A stretch of DNA of 64,000 nucleotides from Eledone cirrhosa (GCA_964016885.1 OZ024741.1:54436001-54500000), one strand, 5' to 3'; shown: positions 27,267 to 41,977, numbered from the stretch's first letter. The notes: generated from the letters alone by a model not told the origin. Translations and numbers: made by a program.

Positions 27267-28445
27267 TTTCGTTTCTGAATTTGTTTAGCAAGATTCTTTA
27301 TCTGAAAACGTGTGTTGAAACCGATATTGTTATACTTTGGGAGGGGGGGGTCATTTTGCTAATAAGAAACACACGCACCAGTTGCTTTCACTTCAATTTA
27401 TTATAAATTAAATTTATAAATTTAGGAATTTAATAATTTCCGGTTGGTTGGTTGGTTCCACAACCAGACGATTGTTCATATATAGTCAAAGTTCTTTCGC
27501 ATACCTTATGTGACTTCTTCAGTGACTGGGGATTCTTTTCTTTGTTTTTGTACCTCTCCTTTGTTCTTCCCTACGCCAGCTTGTTTTTGTGCGTGTTGTG
27601 TGCTTAGTTTGCGCATGTGTTACATCCGGGTGTCTGTGTGTGTTTATATTTGTTTATTTATTTGTTTATTTACATATTACTCGTTGGTTGTTTGTTCTAT
27701 GTGTGTGTGCGTTTTCATTTTGTCCTTAATTGTAAGTTGTGATGTTGCTATTCCATTCATGCTTTCTATTTAATTTTGGTTGGAGTTCATTTATGTTTAT
27801 TGCCTCTGTGATTTGTCTAAACATTGCGTCTTTTCTGTGTGTAGATTCTATTTTTATTTCTATCTTCTTTAATTTACCCTTATGTTTTATTTTAGCATGT
27901 TGGTAGAGTACAGATGATTCTTTACTATCTCGAAGCTCTCGCCAGTGTTCATTTATCCGTTCCCCTATACTACGAGCTGTCTCACCTATGTACACTATAT
28001 TCTTATCTCTACATTGTCCTTCAGTACATCTTATGCTACCCCACATCACTAACACAAGAGAAGTAACACCACAAGAGCATGAGGATAGGGAAAAAACCCT
28101 CAATGCCCATATGATGATGTGGACAAACATAATGCAGCCCAACAAAAGGACTGCCAACAACTTCCAGGCCTGGAACAATGACGTGCCAGAGTTGTATGGG
28201 CTTCGAAAAGACCATAAAACGGGCAGTGATCCTGTCACAGACCACCAACACGGCCAGTCTGTGGTGCTAACATTGCTAGTAACTACAGACTTTCCTACTT
28301 CCTCTCCCTGATCATACGCCCCATCATTGAAATGTCCCCAGATATATGTGACAGCACGGAGAACCTCCTCAGCAGAATCAGCGAAGGTAACCGATCTAGG
28401 GACCTAACAAACTGCATAATAGGCAGTTTGGATGTTGTGTCCCTA
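27267..28445. mobile_element. Truncated Naiad-type Penelope copy with internal inversion (GIY-YIG on - strand ~27726-28035; RT fragment on + strand ~28040-28445)
   Basis: IRCTEGQC..YIGETARSIGERI (-) and EKTLNAHMMMWT..RTANNFQA..LYGLRKDHK..GSLDVVSLY (+), both closely similar to the 56987-60289 ORF. Confidence 0.9.
27484..27527 (-). ncRNA. Degenerate minimal hammerhead motif in pLTR
   Basis: Minus strand reads AGTCA-CTGAAGA-AGTCACATAAGGTATGC-GAAA-GAAC-TT-TGACT. Confidence 0.55.
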
Positions 28446-28469
28446 TATTATTCTTTTTCACACACACAT

Positions 28470-28551
<82 letters not shown>

Positions 28552-28612
28552 GCATATATACATATATATTTGTTTAAATATATGCATACATTTAAATAAA
28601 TATATGTGTATG

Positions 28613-28739
<127 letters not shown>

Positions 28740-29735
28740 GTGTGTATGAGTGTTTATTTTGAATAATTTCTCACTTAATATTTTAACTTACAAAAGATGT
28801 GTGCGTAAATAGTGTGGATTCTTCGATAAATCGTTAACTGGGTGTCACAAATTTAGACAGCTAAAAAGAGTTCTATTAGATTTACTGAAGTAAAGATTAT
28901 TGTCTTCGTGCCAAATGCAGACGAAAAATATAAGCGAAATCAATTAGATGACTACAGATGAATGTGTTAAAACTAATGGAGATAGAATCCGTTAGATGTT
29001 GTTGGGTAGTTAGATAGGGTGTGTAAAAATGTTGACTGGTCAGTTAAACATAGTCTGTATTGTGTATTGATTCAGTAGATGGAGAACATCTGTAAAATAT
29101 TAAATGCCTGTTTCCAAATAGACATAGATTGGTGTTAATGAATGATAAATATAAAAACAGTTACAGTTAGTTAGTGTCATATGTTGATTTGAGAGACAAT
29201 TATTGCGTATTAGCGAATGGAGAGTTGGCGTTTGTGACGGTCTTGTTGTTGTTTTTAAGTACCAGGTCATATATGATCATGCAGACATTTGTTTAAATAT
29301 ATTGCATCCGTGATCATCACGTCGATTTTTACGTATAGTGTATGTAATACTAAATTAGCTCAAACCTATTACCAATATTTTTCAAAATGGCACGGAGTGG
29401 CTTGCCACGGATTTATATGTTATTTCTAGGTTCTCAAACCATGAGACTGGGTGTAATATTTTGACTGGTTATAGACTGTCATTTTTACTGGATAAATATC
29501 TAGAGTAGGGAAACGTAATTCCCAGAAATGCTGTGTAGATGTTGACAAGATAAGCAGTCTCAGCATGTAGATATCGACAGAAACATTGTTTAATTGAATG
29601 ATTATGGGCCGGATAGGTAGTGTGAAGATGTTGAGTGAATATATTGATAGAGTTAGATCTTAATTGTGTAGTAATAAATACAGTAAATTGGTGTTGACTG
29701 CATAGATAGATAACGTGTCTAAATGTTGAGGTATA

Positions 29736-29814
<79 letters not shown>

Positions 29815-29820
<6 letters not shown>

Positions 29821-30645
29821 GTGAGGTTTTTTTTACAAAATGAAAAATAACCGAGGTGTCCTACACGAGTGAAAGTATAAAGAAAAAAAGATGAAATCGA
29901 AAATGCAACTGGAGTCTTATTTTTAAAAAAATATATATATTTATTTGGTTCCTTTACCGGTTTCGCAGTTCTTCTGCTTTTCAAGCGTAGAGTTGAGATG
30001 GAGGGTCTGTGGTTTTTCTCACATCTGGTTGGTCTCTGAATGTTACTTGTTTTATATGGAAAAAGTGGCTCGAAATGCCAGGTTTTTCGAGAAGTAATTT
30101 GATTGGTTGGTCAATAATTATAATAAATTTCGCGCCAGTTCGCGTTACAAAGTTCTTCAAACAAGGGGGGGGGGGGGGCATAGGTTGTTTTTTCATATAT
30201 GAGTGTTTGAATTTCTTTTTACTTAAAAAAAAGGGGGCTCACACACATATATTGTATATTATATATATTATATATATTATATTTTCAAGTAAAAAAAATT
30301 CAAACACTCATATATGAAAAAACAACCTGTGACACCCCCCACCCACCCCCCACACACTTGTTTGAAGAACTTTGTAACGCGAACTGGCGCGAAATTTATT
30401 ATAATTATTGACCAACCAATCAAATTACTTCTCGAAAAACCTGGCATTTCGAGCCACTTTTTCCATATAAAACAAGTAACATTCAGAGACCAACCAGATG
30501 TGAGAAAAACCACAGACCCTCCATCTCAACTCTACTTTTGAAAAGCAGAAGAACTGCGAAACCGGTAAAGGAACCAAATATATATATATATATTTTTTTA
30601 AATAATACTCCAGTTGCATTTTCGATTTCATCTTTTTTCTTTATA
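29815..30645. repeat. Fold-back element, arms ~29876-30224 and ~30287-30645, each with a U3-A8 hammerhead motif
   Basis: The arms are reverse complements, and the ORF track shows mirror peptides. A further copy lies at 23287-23500. Confidence 0.9.
30535..30570 (+). ncRNA. Minimal hammerhead motif, U3-A8 variant
   Basis: CTT-TTGAAAA-GCAG-AAGAA-CTGC-GAAA-CCGG-TA-AAG. Stem I is only 3 bp, and it is broken in the mirror copy 29952-29987. Confidence 0.6.
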
Positions 30646-30650
30646 TATAC

Positions 30651-30704
<54 letters not shown>

Positions 30705-30731
30705 TGTGGTCAGATGTCGCTACAAGGCTGA

Positions 30732-30793
<62 letters not shown>

Positions 30794-33572
30794 TATACAT
30801 CTACATTTTGGAGACCGCGATGACCACAAAGTGTAAAACTCAATAAATGTTTAGATCTCTATACATTTAGGTGCAGAGTAGATTGACTGATAAGATATAG
30901 TCCAAAAGGAAAGCTTTCTCCGCTACGGAACGCTCACGGCCTTCCCCATATTAACTGGAAATATTTAGTGTATTTGATATACTTAATAAATAGATTTGTT
31001 TTTGTCTCCATGTTTGACATCTTCCTCGACTGCTTTTCCGAGATTTTCATTCCTAAAGATTCTTTTATTCTTTTGAGTTATTTGTATAACTAGATTTTAC
31101 AAACCCGCTTTTAAAATTATTTGCTGTTTATTGCTTTCCATTACAAAAGATGATGTTTTTTCTTCTTTACACCTGTTTTTCTTTTCTCACCTTTACACAC
31201 ACATATATTGTATATTATATATATTATAATTTCAACATACAAACCTTTGCAGATAAATACTTACTACACTTCTTTCATTCTTTTGTAACTTTAGTTTTCA
31301 TTTTCATATTTATTCTAACTGAAAATCACTCCCCACCCAATCTTCTGCTTAATTTATAAACAACGGTTATACTGTGAATCAATACGATTCCTTTTTTTCT
31401 TTCAATATCATCAAAACACAACTTATCTAGATATCCAAACATCTTCAATATATGACGTTTAAATATATTTTTTATGTTCCATTTTTTAGACTTTACCAAA
31501 GATCAGAAACAAGTAACTCGGATCAACGTTATATGAATTTACAGCTAAAAGCCTGTATGTGTAAGTGTGAGGTGTGTGTGTGTAGGTGTGCATGTGTGTA
31601 TAGAAGAGAACTATACCAACGACAACAACAACAAACAAAAATAATAATATCAATAGCAAAGACACCAGCAAATCAAAAGTATCACGGAGAGGTAAATATG
31701 AAAAAAGATAACCGGAACGATAAAAACAGAATATATAGAAGCAGAAATATTAAGAGTCTAAGTACTTGGTCAGTGACACAATACCACTTCGACAGAGATT
31801 GTGAAAGTGACAGGATCATAGAGAAGAACATCGAAAGTTGATGACCAACCATAATAGACTGTACTACTAAAAAATAAATGGGAATATTATATAATAGATT
31901 TGTGTGTTGTTCAAGGGTGAGAGGGACGGTCCACAATACAACTGTTTTAGTTTCAACACAATGTCTCAGTCACTTAACAATCAAAATCAATTCTGATATA
32001 CGTATATATATTTTGCAAACGCACACATACACATACACACGAACACATACTTGTGTATGTATGTATGCATTATATATATTTGTAATGTCAAAATTGCACT
32101 AAATATTTTTGCGTACGCTGTGTTTACATATATACATAAATTTCTGCACTGAATGTTTTTCCATATGAAGTTCTGTAGCGTAATCTGAAACTAAAAGTAA
32201 TATAAGAATTATTCAAAGACATCATATTTCCTTTCTTTGCCATAAAGTTTTTTTTACATTATCTTACATAATTCAGGGTACATCATAAAACAATATAAAA
32301 CTAAGAATGTTATATCGTTTACCAGTGGTTTTCATGCTGACAAGTGTTTAAAAAGTGACAAAAAAAAAGAAATATCAAGAGAATAAGAGACAGAATGAGA
32401 AATTGATAGAATAGAAGAATCGTGAACATAATTAAGAATGAAAGAGACATTACTGTGATTATAAAATAATATATAATTAAATACAGCAAAATATAATGAT
32501 TAATAGAAATCCGTCGGTTTTGATAATGAATGTTCCAGATGATCATTACCGGAACAGTTTGCTCATGAAATTCACGTGTAGCTAAGCATTTCATAGTAAT
32601 TCTCAGGGAGATTCAATGAATCAGGCAAAACCTTTGAATTACAGCTACTTTGCCTCTGACGGATTTTCAAACAGTTTCTATCAACTCAATTTCAATCACA
32701 AAGCATGTGTGACTCGAGGCTTTGGTAAATGTCATTTACCAAATGTTCCATGCAGTGAAATCGAATCCGGGACCTAATCATTGCAAAAGGAACCTCTTAA
32801 CGATTTGTCCACATTGTTTCTAAGCTGTAGATATAATAAATGAAGGAATGATAAGATAATTTGATGCTGAGAGAATCAAAGATTACAGCGGAGACAAAAT
32901 AAATATAAATCTCAAAACGGAAAAATTATAACAGAATAACAGAATTAAAGAATGAAGATAAAAATAAAATGAAGAATTATCAGGTGAATGATAGAAAGAA
33001 CGATTGAGAGAATGTAGAAATAACCGGGATAACTAACAAGTGGAAGGGTGAGTTAACGTCGTGAATTTAGTTTTAAAGACTTACTGACAGAGTTGAGTAG
33101 AAATCGGATTATGGAATATGGTCGGTTTAAATATAAGATGAACAACACACGCACACACATACAAACACACGTGCGTGCACCACCACACCCCCACATCCCC
33201 CCTGCACCCCCCCACCCACACACACATACATACACACATATACACACGCATGCACACATGCAAACACACACACACACACACACACACGCACGCACATACA
33301 TACACAAACAAACACTGGTAGTATTTGAATGTAAAAGAAACAGCGGAATAAATACGTTGAGAGAGAGAGGGCGAAAGAGAGAGAGAGAGGGAGAGAGAAA
33401 ATGAAACAGAGACGCTTAGTGAGTGGGGAAACGAAGAGAGTCAGAGAACAAAGAAGGAATGAAAGTAAACGGGAGAGTGAGAGTGAAAAGGGACAGAGGG
33501 TAGAAGAGACGGGAAATTGGGTTAGGATAAGAAAATGACGAGTCAGTTGGACACATCAAAATTGATACATAG

Positions 33573-33701
<129 letters not shown>

Positions 33702-33843
33702 AAAAGAGAGAGAGGGAGAGGGGGTTGCGGGAGATGGATGGATAGATGAGAGAACGACAGAAAGAGAAACACGAAAAGTACAGAGGGCAATTCTAAAACT
33801 TGTTAGACTAAAGTATAGTGTTAGAAAATAAACAAGAGGTGCA

Positions 33844-33894
<51 letters not shown>

Positions 33895-34069
33895 ATTATT
33901 GCGGGGATATGTAAATAAATACATAAGGAAAAAAATTGAATAAAACCATAAAGTAAATATATATATATATATATATTTAAGAGTTAAACAAGATTCAATG
34001 AGTACATCAAAGAATGAGTTTTACAATAGATGGAAGCACTCTACAAAAATATTTTCCAGAGTTATTAAT

Positions 34070-34340
34070 ATTAATATTAATTCCAAATATTAACAGATAT
34101 TCTTGTGAGCAATTAAATTTTATTATACATATTTCAAAGAAACTGAATTAAGTTCAACAGTACTTCCTCATCAGATAAAATAAAATGATACATGACATGA
34201 TTAAATCTTAACCGTCTACCATGTATCATTTTATTTTATCTGATGAGAAAATACTGTTGAACTTAATTCAGTACCTCTGAAATATGTATAATAAAATTTA
34301 ATTGATTACAAGAATATCTGTTAATATTTGGAATTAATAT
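34070..34340. repeat. Inverted pair of HHR modules (34117-34181 -, 34233-34297 +)
   Basis: ATTTTAT-CTGATGA-GAAAATACTG...CAGTACCTCT-GAAA-TATGTA-TA-ATAAAAT and its reverse complement. Confidence 0.85.
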
Positions 34341-34385
34341 ATATATATATAATATATATATATATATATAATATATATATATATA

Positions 34386-34481
<96 letters not shown>

Positions 34482-34533
34482 ATATATATACATATATATT
34501 TAATAAATATTTGCCTACGGTTCTTATATATTT

Positions 34534-34657
<124 letters not shown>

Positions 34658-34719
34658 GAGAGAAAGAAAGAGAGAGAGAGCCCTCTTTGGATTTTAGTCT
34701 TCAAATTTATTATTATTAT

Positions 34720-34781
<62 letters not shown>

Positions 34782-35362
34782 GGAGGTGAGTTTTATTGTA
34801 GTACAATAAAGCAATGCAGATATCGGATAAGAAGCACTCTACAGCTTGGAGTATACATAATATATAAGATCAAAAGATGGTTAAATGAGTTCCATGTATT
34901 TTATTATGCGCATTTCAAAAACAAATATCATCATGCAATAACATTTGTGTTTTCATCAGATAAAATAGGAGGACATGATATGAAGGTTAAAAACACTTGT
35001 GGATAGTGCAGTTTTAAATCAACATATGAAAAGTAGTTTTAGATTGATGTGTGATATTGGGGAAAAAAAAATGTTTTGAGGGGGGGGGAGGTTGGAAAGG
35101 ATGAAAAAGAGGAGGAGATGAGAGTAAAAAGTGGAGGGGGAGGAGTATAATGAGGAAGGATGAGATAGGAGGAGAGATGGCTGATAGAGAGAGAGAGATA
35201 GCTTTTATAACTGAGAAAAATATATTGTTCAACATAGAGAGGTTGAAAAACCGTTGGAAGATAATGTATAGATTAAAAGAATTTGAAAATTAACGAAGAG
35301 AAAAATAATGTAAAGTTAAGGTTTGTATATTGAAGGGTTTAATATTATGTGCGATGAAAAAA

Positions 35363-35772
35363 GCTTAATTTACGAATGTAAAGTTATAACTGATAACATC
35401 TTAATTTACGAATGTAAAGTTATAACTGACACCAATTCCTTCACCTATTTTGGCTCCACTTCCACCTCCTTTAAAGCTCGTCTTTATAATCATCATTCGT
35501 CTTTTAAATATAAACTTAAAAGAACCAACACGGCTCTCTCAGAACTCATATGGTCCTTGAAAGACAAAAATATTAAATATAACATCTCTTGGAAGAAGGT
35601 TTCCTCTGCTTCTTTATACTTGAAAAGTTCTCTATCCAAGACTTGCAATCTCTGTCTGAATGAAAATTTTACCATTATATCTAATTTAGATTCTATAATA
35701 AATAGACGCACTGACTTGTTTTCTATCTGCTTGCATAAATTCCACAGAACTTTCCATAAAGTATACAGCTAA
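35363..35772 (+). pseudogene. GIY-YIG endonuclease fragment similar to the C-terminus of the 5970-7583 ORF
   Basis: LIYECKV (duplicated)..TYFG..FKARLYNH..LSELIWSLKD..CNLCLNE..N.R..C.H. Confidence 0.85.
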
Positions 35773-36717
35773 TATCCTAAACTTTATCAATTCAGAATCC
35801 TTTTCTCAAAGGCACATATATATATACTTCTTTAAAAATATACCCATCTTTCTACCTTATTTCAAAGTTATTTATCATATTCTATATCATTCCTATTCAT
35901 CACTTCTCTTTCTTCCTTTTCCTTTTCTTTTCTTTTGCTTTTTCTTTTAATTTCTAACCCCTAATCTGTACCTTTTCTCACTGTGCCTAACATAGAAACA
36001 ATTATTACACATACACTATATTCTTACTTTATATCACCTTGAAAAAATCCATCGTAAACATAAACATTTTTTTTGACGTTAGATTATTCATCCTCTATTC
36101 ATTATTTTTTTCTCACTTTCATCTAACTTATTCATGCTCATCTCACAATATATATCCTTACTTACATTACTTCTGTGTTTTTTTAATAATACATATCAAC
36201 ATTTTCTTTCCATCGCACATATTATTAAACCCTTAAAATTATTCTTAATACATATTAACATTTTCTTTCCATCGCACATATTATTAAACCCTTAAATATT
36301 ATTCTTAATACATATTAACAATTTCTTTTCATCGCACATATTATTAAACCCTTCAATATACAAACCTTAACTTTACATTATTTTTCTCTTCGTTAATTTT
36401 CAAATTCTTTTAATTTATACATTATCCTCCGACTGTTTTTTAACCTCTCTATGTAAAACAATATATTTTTCTCAGTTATAAAAGCTATCTCTCTCTCTAT
36501 CAGCCATCTCTCCTCCTATCTCATCCTTCCTCATTATACTCCTCCCCCTCCACGTTTTACTCTCATCTCCTCCTCTTTTTCATCCTTTCCAACCCCCCCC
36601 CCTCAAACAAATTTTTTTTTTTCCCCAATATCACACATCAATCTAAAACTACTTTTCATATGTTGATTTAAAACTGCACTACCCACAAGTGTTTTTAACC
36701 TTCATATCATGTCCTCC

Positions 36718-36788
36718 TATTTTATCTGATGAAAACACAAATGTTATTGCATGATGATATTTGTTTTTGAAATGCGCATAATAAAATA
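36718..36788 (+). ncRNA. Type I hammerhead ribozyme; mirror copy 34897-34967 (-)
   Basis: TATTTTAT-CTGATGA-AAACACAAATGTTATT...GATGATATTTGTTTTT-GAAA-TGCGCA-TA-ATAAAATA: 8-bp stem I and palindromic stem III. Confidence 0.85.
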
Positions 36789-37061
36789 CATGGAACTCAT
36801 TTAACCATCTTTTGATCTTGTATATATATATATATATATATATTATTTTGTTTCACCCGCTTAGCTTGCTCGCTCTTTTGGCTAAGGTGGTTAATGGCTT
36901 CTTAACCATCGTCACAGTTTGTATGACCTTTTTAACTTATGTTTATAGCTCTGGTATATTCATATCCATTGAGCGTTCGCCAACACAATTCGGAAGTTGC
37001 GTTTCGCTAATTTCTACTCGCCGAAATGCGATTATCGTTAAATGTATATTTGTATATATAC

Positions 37062-37150
<89 letters not shown>

Positions 37151-37242
37151 TATATAGTAATAATAATAAATTTGAAGACTAAAATCCAAAGAGGGCTCGA
37201 TAGGGATAAATATATATCAAATATATAAGAACCGTAGGGCAA

Positions 37243-37405
37243 ATATTTATTAAAATAACAGATTAAAGTTTAAGCAAAGAATCGCTGCTCTCCCCCTTAA
37301 CGGGATCTTCTGAAACTAACAAAGTCAGTTAGTTTCAGATGATCCCATTAAGGATGAAAGCAGTGATTCTTTGCTTAAACTGTAATCTGTTATTTTAATA
37401 AATAT
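37243..37405. repeat. Imperfect hairpin, arms about 78 bp
   Basis: ...GATCTTCTGAAACTAAC-AAAGTCA-GTTAGTTTCAGATGATC... Confidence 0.85.
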
Positions 37406-37409
37406 ATAT

Positions 37410-37445
<36 letters not shown>

Positions 37446-37578
37446 GTTAGAGAAGCAGAAAATTGCTTATTGTAATCCAGTTCGTGGTTAAGAAAGCCAG
37501 TTTCAGTGACGGTGTCAACGTACGGTTAGGGGTAACTCCGCAAGTTTGTAAGAATCACGTTCAATCTTGGAGTATAAA

Positions 37579-37860
37579 GGATAAAAGAGAAAACACAGGT
37601 AAGCATTAAAAAAGGATTTTATCCAGGTATTTACGACCGTTTCATTGGTAAGTGCAACCTTATATTGCTATACTGAAAATAGCAGCCACTCAATAATAAT
37701 TGTTGTTCACTATTTTAAAAATGTTGACGTGAACAACAATTATTATTGAGTGGCTGCTATTTGCAGTATAGCAATATAAGGTTGCACTTACCAATGAAAC
37801 GGTCGTAAATACCTGGATAAAATCCTTTTTTAATGCTTACCTGTGTCTTCTCTTTTATCC
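37579..37860. repeat. Inverted repeat, 132-bp arms with an 18-bp spacer; contains the HHR 3' half GAAA-CGGTCG-TA
   Basis: 37579-37710 is the reverse complement of 37729-37860 with few mismatches. Confidence 0.9.
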
Positions 37861-38310
37861 TATATATATATATATATATATATACAAATGAAGATTCAAC
37901 GAGAATCGCATTTTCGGCGGGCTGGAAAAAGCGAAGCGAAACGAAAAAATAAGAATATATATATATATATATTGTAAATGGTGAGAGTGGGAATAAACAT
38001 TAACTGAGAAAATAGAAACTCTTAGTTGTTCAATAGCGAAGTTGTACATTTCGCTTTCTAATGTAGCTAGGAAACGAATGTAAACCACAACTTTACCTTC
38101 GATTTTACATTGTTCACAATACAAAATATACCCATGAATGAAAGATTAAGTTGACCACGGTCGGATTAGGACTCAGAACGTTGAAAGTTTTGTTATTAGT
38201 ACAAAATATTTTGTCCAACATTCTAACGATACTGCCAATCCACCACCCTATATATATAAACAATGTACAACGCCGAATTCTTTTCTCTAAACGGGTAGAA
38301 TGCATATGAA

Positions 38311-38410
38311 GGCATGTCGCTGACTGGTTAGAGAATTGGATTCGCAATCGTGAGGTTGTGCTTTCGATTCCCAGACCGGGCAATGCATTATGTCCCTGAG
38401 CAAGTCAAAT
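38311..38410 (+). mobile_element. tRNA-derived SINE head (CORE/V-like); related fragment at ~49440-49640
   Basis: GGCATGTCGCTGACTGGTTAG..TTCGATTCCC..TGTCCCTGAGCAAGTCA. Confidence 0.65.
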
Positions 38411-38689
38411 TACTTCTCGTTGCTCCTTCTGCCTGGAGTTGCGACCGACAGATAGTATTAGCAATTGGAAAGACCAATGTAAATATTGTTTCCTCAGTCC
38501 GATTTGACGAGCTCCACTCGATTCGTTAAGCGAATGAGGTCTGGGATCCTGTCGATCGACTATTGATATATATAAGAGGCGCCTCACAGCGATGATGCAT
38601 TTTTATAGTAAATTTTACACATGGATTGGCAAAACTGCGGTCGGGACTTTGAAGAAAGAAATAGGTATATTTTTGTCAATTATTTCCTC

Positions 38690-38770
<81 letters not shown>

Positions 38771-40069
38771 CGTGTGCGTGTGTATGCGTGTGTGTGTGTG
38801 TGTGTGTTTGCATGTATATATATATATATATTTGAAAGTTGCAAAGTTTTTGTACATGCAATTCGCGCAGGGTTCAGAGAGTTTGTTCAGTAGCGGGCCC
38901 TGGGTAAATAATACTTCGTAGCTCTCTGAGATACAAAGGTCGCAGCACTTGTGTCCTCCCTTGTATGAGCGCGCTTTCTGGAGTATTTTCCATTTAAGCG
39001 TGAAGAAAGAGTTGTGTCTTCAAGCGCAGAGATGGCAATGTCATTTGCCGTCTCTTAAGGGTGTTCACCCTGTTTTATAAGTTATTTTTATAGCATATCT
39101 GCTGGTTATGTGGTTTTAGGGAGATTTCGCTGTCATTTCTAGTATCTGGCTGTGAGTCTACGAGGGAGATTCTTAATGGGAGTGTTTCTTAATTACTTTG
39201 ATTGTTGTTATTGTTGCTGTTATTGTAACCAATGCTTTACAACTTTAATGAGATTCGACATGTCTGGAGTAATTAGAGATCCTGCAACATTTCATTTCAC
39301 GAACACATGCAGCTAGTATAGAGCTGATAAGGTAATAATATTTGACACTATTCTCTGTTTTTGTTTGCATTTGTTATTCAATCTTGCTTTTCCATTTCTC
39401 CACTAATATTCGGTTCTTACTTCTCCACGTCAACACATTACTCGTCGCATGCTATACGGTCTATCCCTTTCATTCTCTCTTCTCTTCTCTCATTCTCTTG
39501 TGTTTTCCTCTCTCATCATCTCCGACCACTCTTCCGTTCATAACGGGTTTGTTCACCCGATTCTTTGCTATGATCACTTATAGCAGCCGACTGTTTTACA
39601 GCTATTTTTGCGTTCGAGTTCCTTCCTTACATTTTTACGAAATACATATACACTCCACGCCGCAAATCGATGATGTGATATATTTTATATGTTGTTTACA
39701 CACACACATACACACACACACGCGTGCGTGTGCGCACTCACACACAAACACACACACACACACACTCACACCCACACTCACGCCCACACATACGTACATA
39801 TATACAAATCAAATTCACTCATGAGGATATTTTGTATTGTGAACAAAGTAAAGTCGTAGGCCAGGTTGGGGTTTACATTCTTTTCCTAGCTACATCAGTT
39901 TAATTAATCTTTATCCCAACTCTCGCCATTTACAATATAGATAATTGTTGTGGTATGCTTAAAGCGTCCGTAAGCGGTAGGCCGTTTGAGCACGCGATGC
40001 TCTTACAGAGAAGAGTATAATATCACATAAGAAACGGAAAATCAGTGGTGCGACGAATAAAATTTATTA

Positions 40070-40164
40070 GACAGATTACAATCGTTTCGCTGGCCACCAG
40101 CTCGAGGCACGATCGACGCATTGATCGAACCTGCCTCTGAAATCGTAAGTTCCTCAAATACGTC
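40070..40164 (-). ncRNA. Hammerhead motif with a C3U change; same family as 55764-55857
   Basis: Minus strand reads GACGTAT-TTGAGGA-(~62 nt)-GAAA-CGATTG-TA-ATCTGTC. Confidence 0.5.
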
Positions 40165-40205
40165 TCGATTCTACGAAGCAGTTTCCAACTTATATATATA
40201 TATAT

Positions 40206-40302
<97 letters not shown>

Positions 40303-41823
40303 AATATGAACTCCTTTGATAATTATGTCGTCCAAGATATCGTTGAAAGGAAAACATTGTCACTACTGGATGTCTTCAACCGTGAATCTTCTCTGTCTCC
40401 ACTATAAAGTCCAAAGAAAAGAAAAAGAATGGCGTTGAATTTTCTAATGAATATTTTATATTTAACAGAATTAAAGCCAATCAACGTTGCTGATGTGGTT
40501 TCTGACGAATGGGTAACTTGCTGTGAAATATGTAAAAACAAACCTGTTGTTTGTGTCCGAAATGAATAATGATTTTTAATGTCGGCTCAAGGCCAGCAAC
40601 TTAGAGGAAATCGTAGTCGAATATATCGATTCACAATTCATGAATCGGTACTTTATTTTATTGAGCCTAGAAGGATGAAATGTGAAGTTGAACTTGTATT
40701 TATTTAAACTCGGAACGTGAAGAGCCAGAAAAAATGTCGCAAAGTAATGTGTCCGATGTTCTACCGAGTAAAACAAGTATAAAAATATTTTTACACTTGT
40801 TCACCTTTTCACGGGTAGATGTATAATTTATAAGCTGTATAAATTTAATGTATCCGTTAAAGTTTACTTAGATTTTCATATACGCAGTGATGTACTTATT
40901 CAGTTATCAATTAAAAGAAATGAGTAGAAAAGAAATCAGATATTCCAGAGTATATTTCAAGTATACGACCGCAATACGCCAGCATAGCTGCGTACGTGTT
41001 GGCCAAAGCAAATTAAGAAAAATAGTCTATCTACATTAATAAGGAAAGTCAGCAGTGAGATTCACGATGCCTGGCTGTGGCCATTCCATAATATTTTGAT
41101 CAGTCAGCATAACGTCCGATCCATTACGTGAACTCGTGTGTCACCGAACATTCCACAAATACGTGTACTTTTAACGAAGTTCTCGGGTAGATGCAACGTG
41201 ATAAGGATTTCCCTTTTTCTTTTGATGGGCTTCCAAAGTGTTTCCATCTATCCAATTTTGCTTACGGGGCTTGGATGCCCCCAATCTTATGTTAAAGTTA
41301 CTTGCTCAAGATGCCAAACAGTGGAATCATTGTTCGGACATAAACATTGCAAAGCAAATGTCGTAAGCTGTCAGTCTTTTTTATGGGGAGGGTCGGTAAA
41401 CAAAAGTAGCAGTTCAGGGCAGTAGACTAGTTGAATATCTAGAGATTCGGACAACATGCCTTGCAGTGCATGCTCTGCGTATTTGGATCCTTTCTTCCCT
41501 ACAATTAAGGATTTCAGGCAAATATTACTTTTGCAATTCATTCTAAACCAAACTCATGAAAACAGTCACAAACAAATCACGCCAAATTACATGTTCCCTT
41601 CCCCTCATTCACTGTTTTCTTTAAATTTTATGAGTAACTTCACGCAATTTACTTTCAGCGGATTGGAAGACAGAAATAAGCAATGCAATCCCTGATGATA
41701 CTTTAACGAACGCCGAAACTAATCGTTTCAATCCCCATTCCAAGCCACTGAAAGCGCTTGTAGTTTAATCAGGGTGACCTAATTTCCCAACGAAACCCAT
41801 ATACATACATATAATATATGTAT

Positions 41824-41868
<45 letters not shown>

Positions 41869-41907
41869 TGTGTATGTGTGTGTGTGTGTGTGTGTGTATG
41901 TGTGTGT

Positions 41908-41977
<70 letters not shown>

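Larger units (their letters stand above)
34865..36819 (+). mobile_element. 5'-truncated Penelope-like copy: GIY-YIG remnant between ~495-bp inverted pLTRs (34865-35362 / 36324-36819)
   Basis: The arms are reverse complements and each contains an HHR. A ~56-bp x3 tandem lies at ~36185-36355. Confidence 0.88.

Noticed and set aside
31000-31960. Possible very old Penelope remnant (KRIKESL, IEAEILRV-like peptides)
   Set aside because: Too degraded to support by eye.
40320-40545. Coding-looking stretch ending in EWVTCCEICK
   Set aside because: It has an in-frame stop and no recognisable family; possibly a transposase relic.
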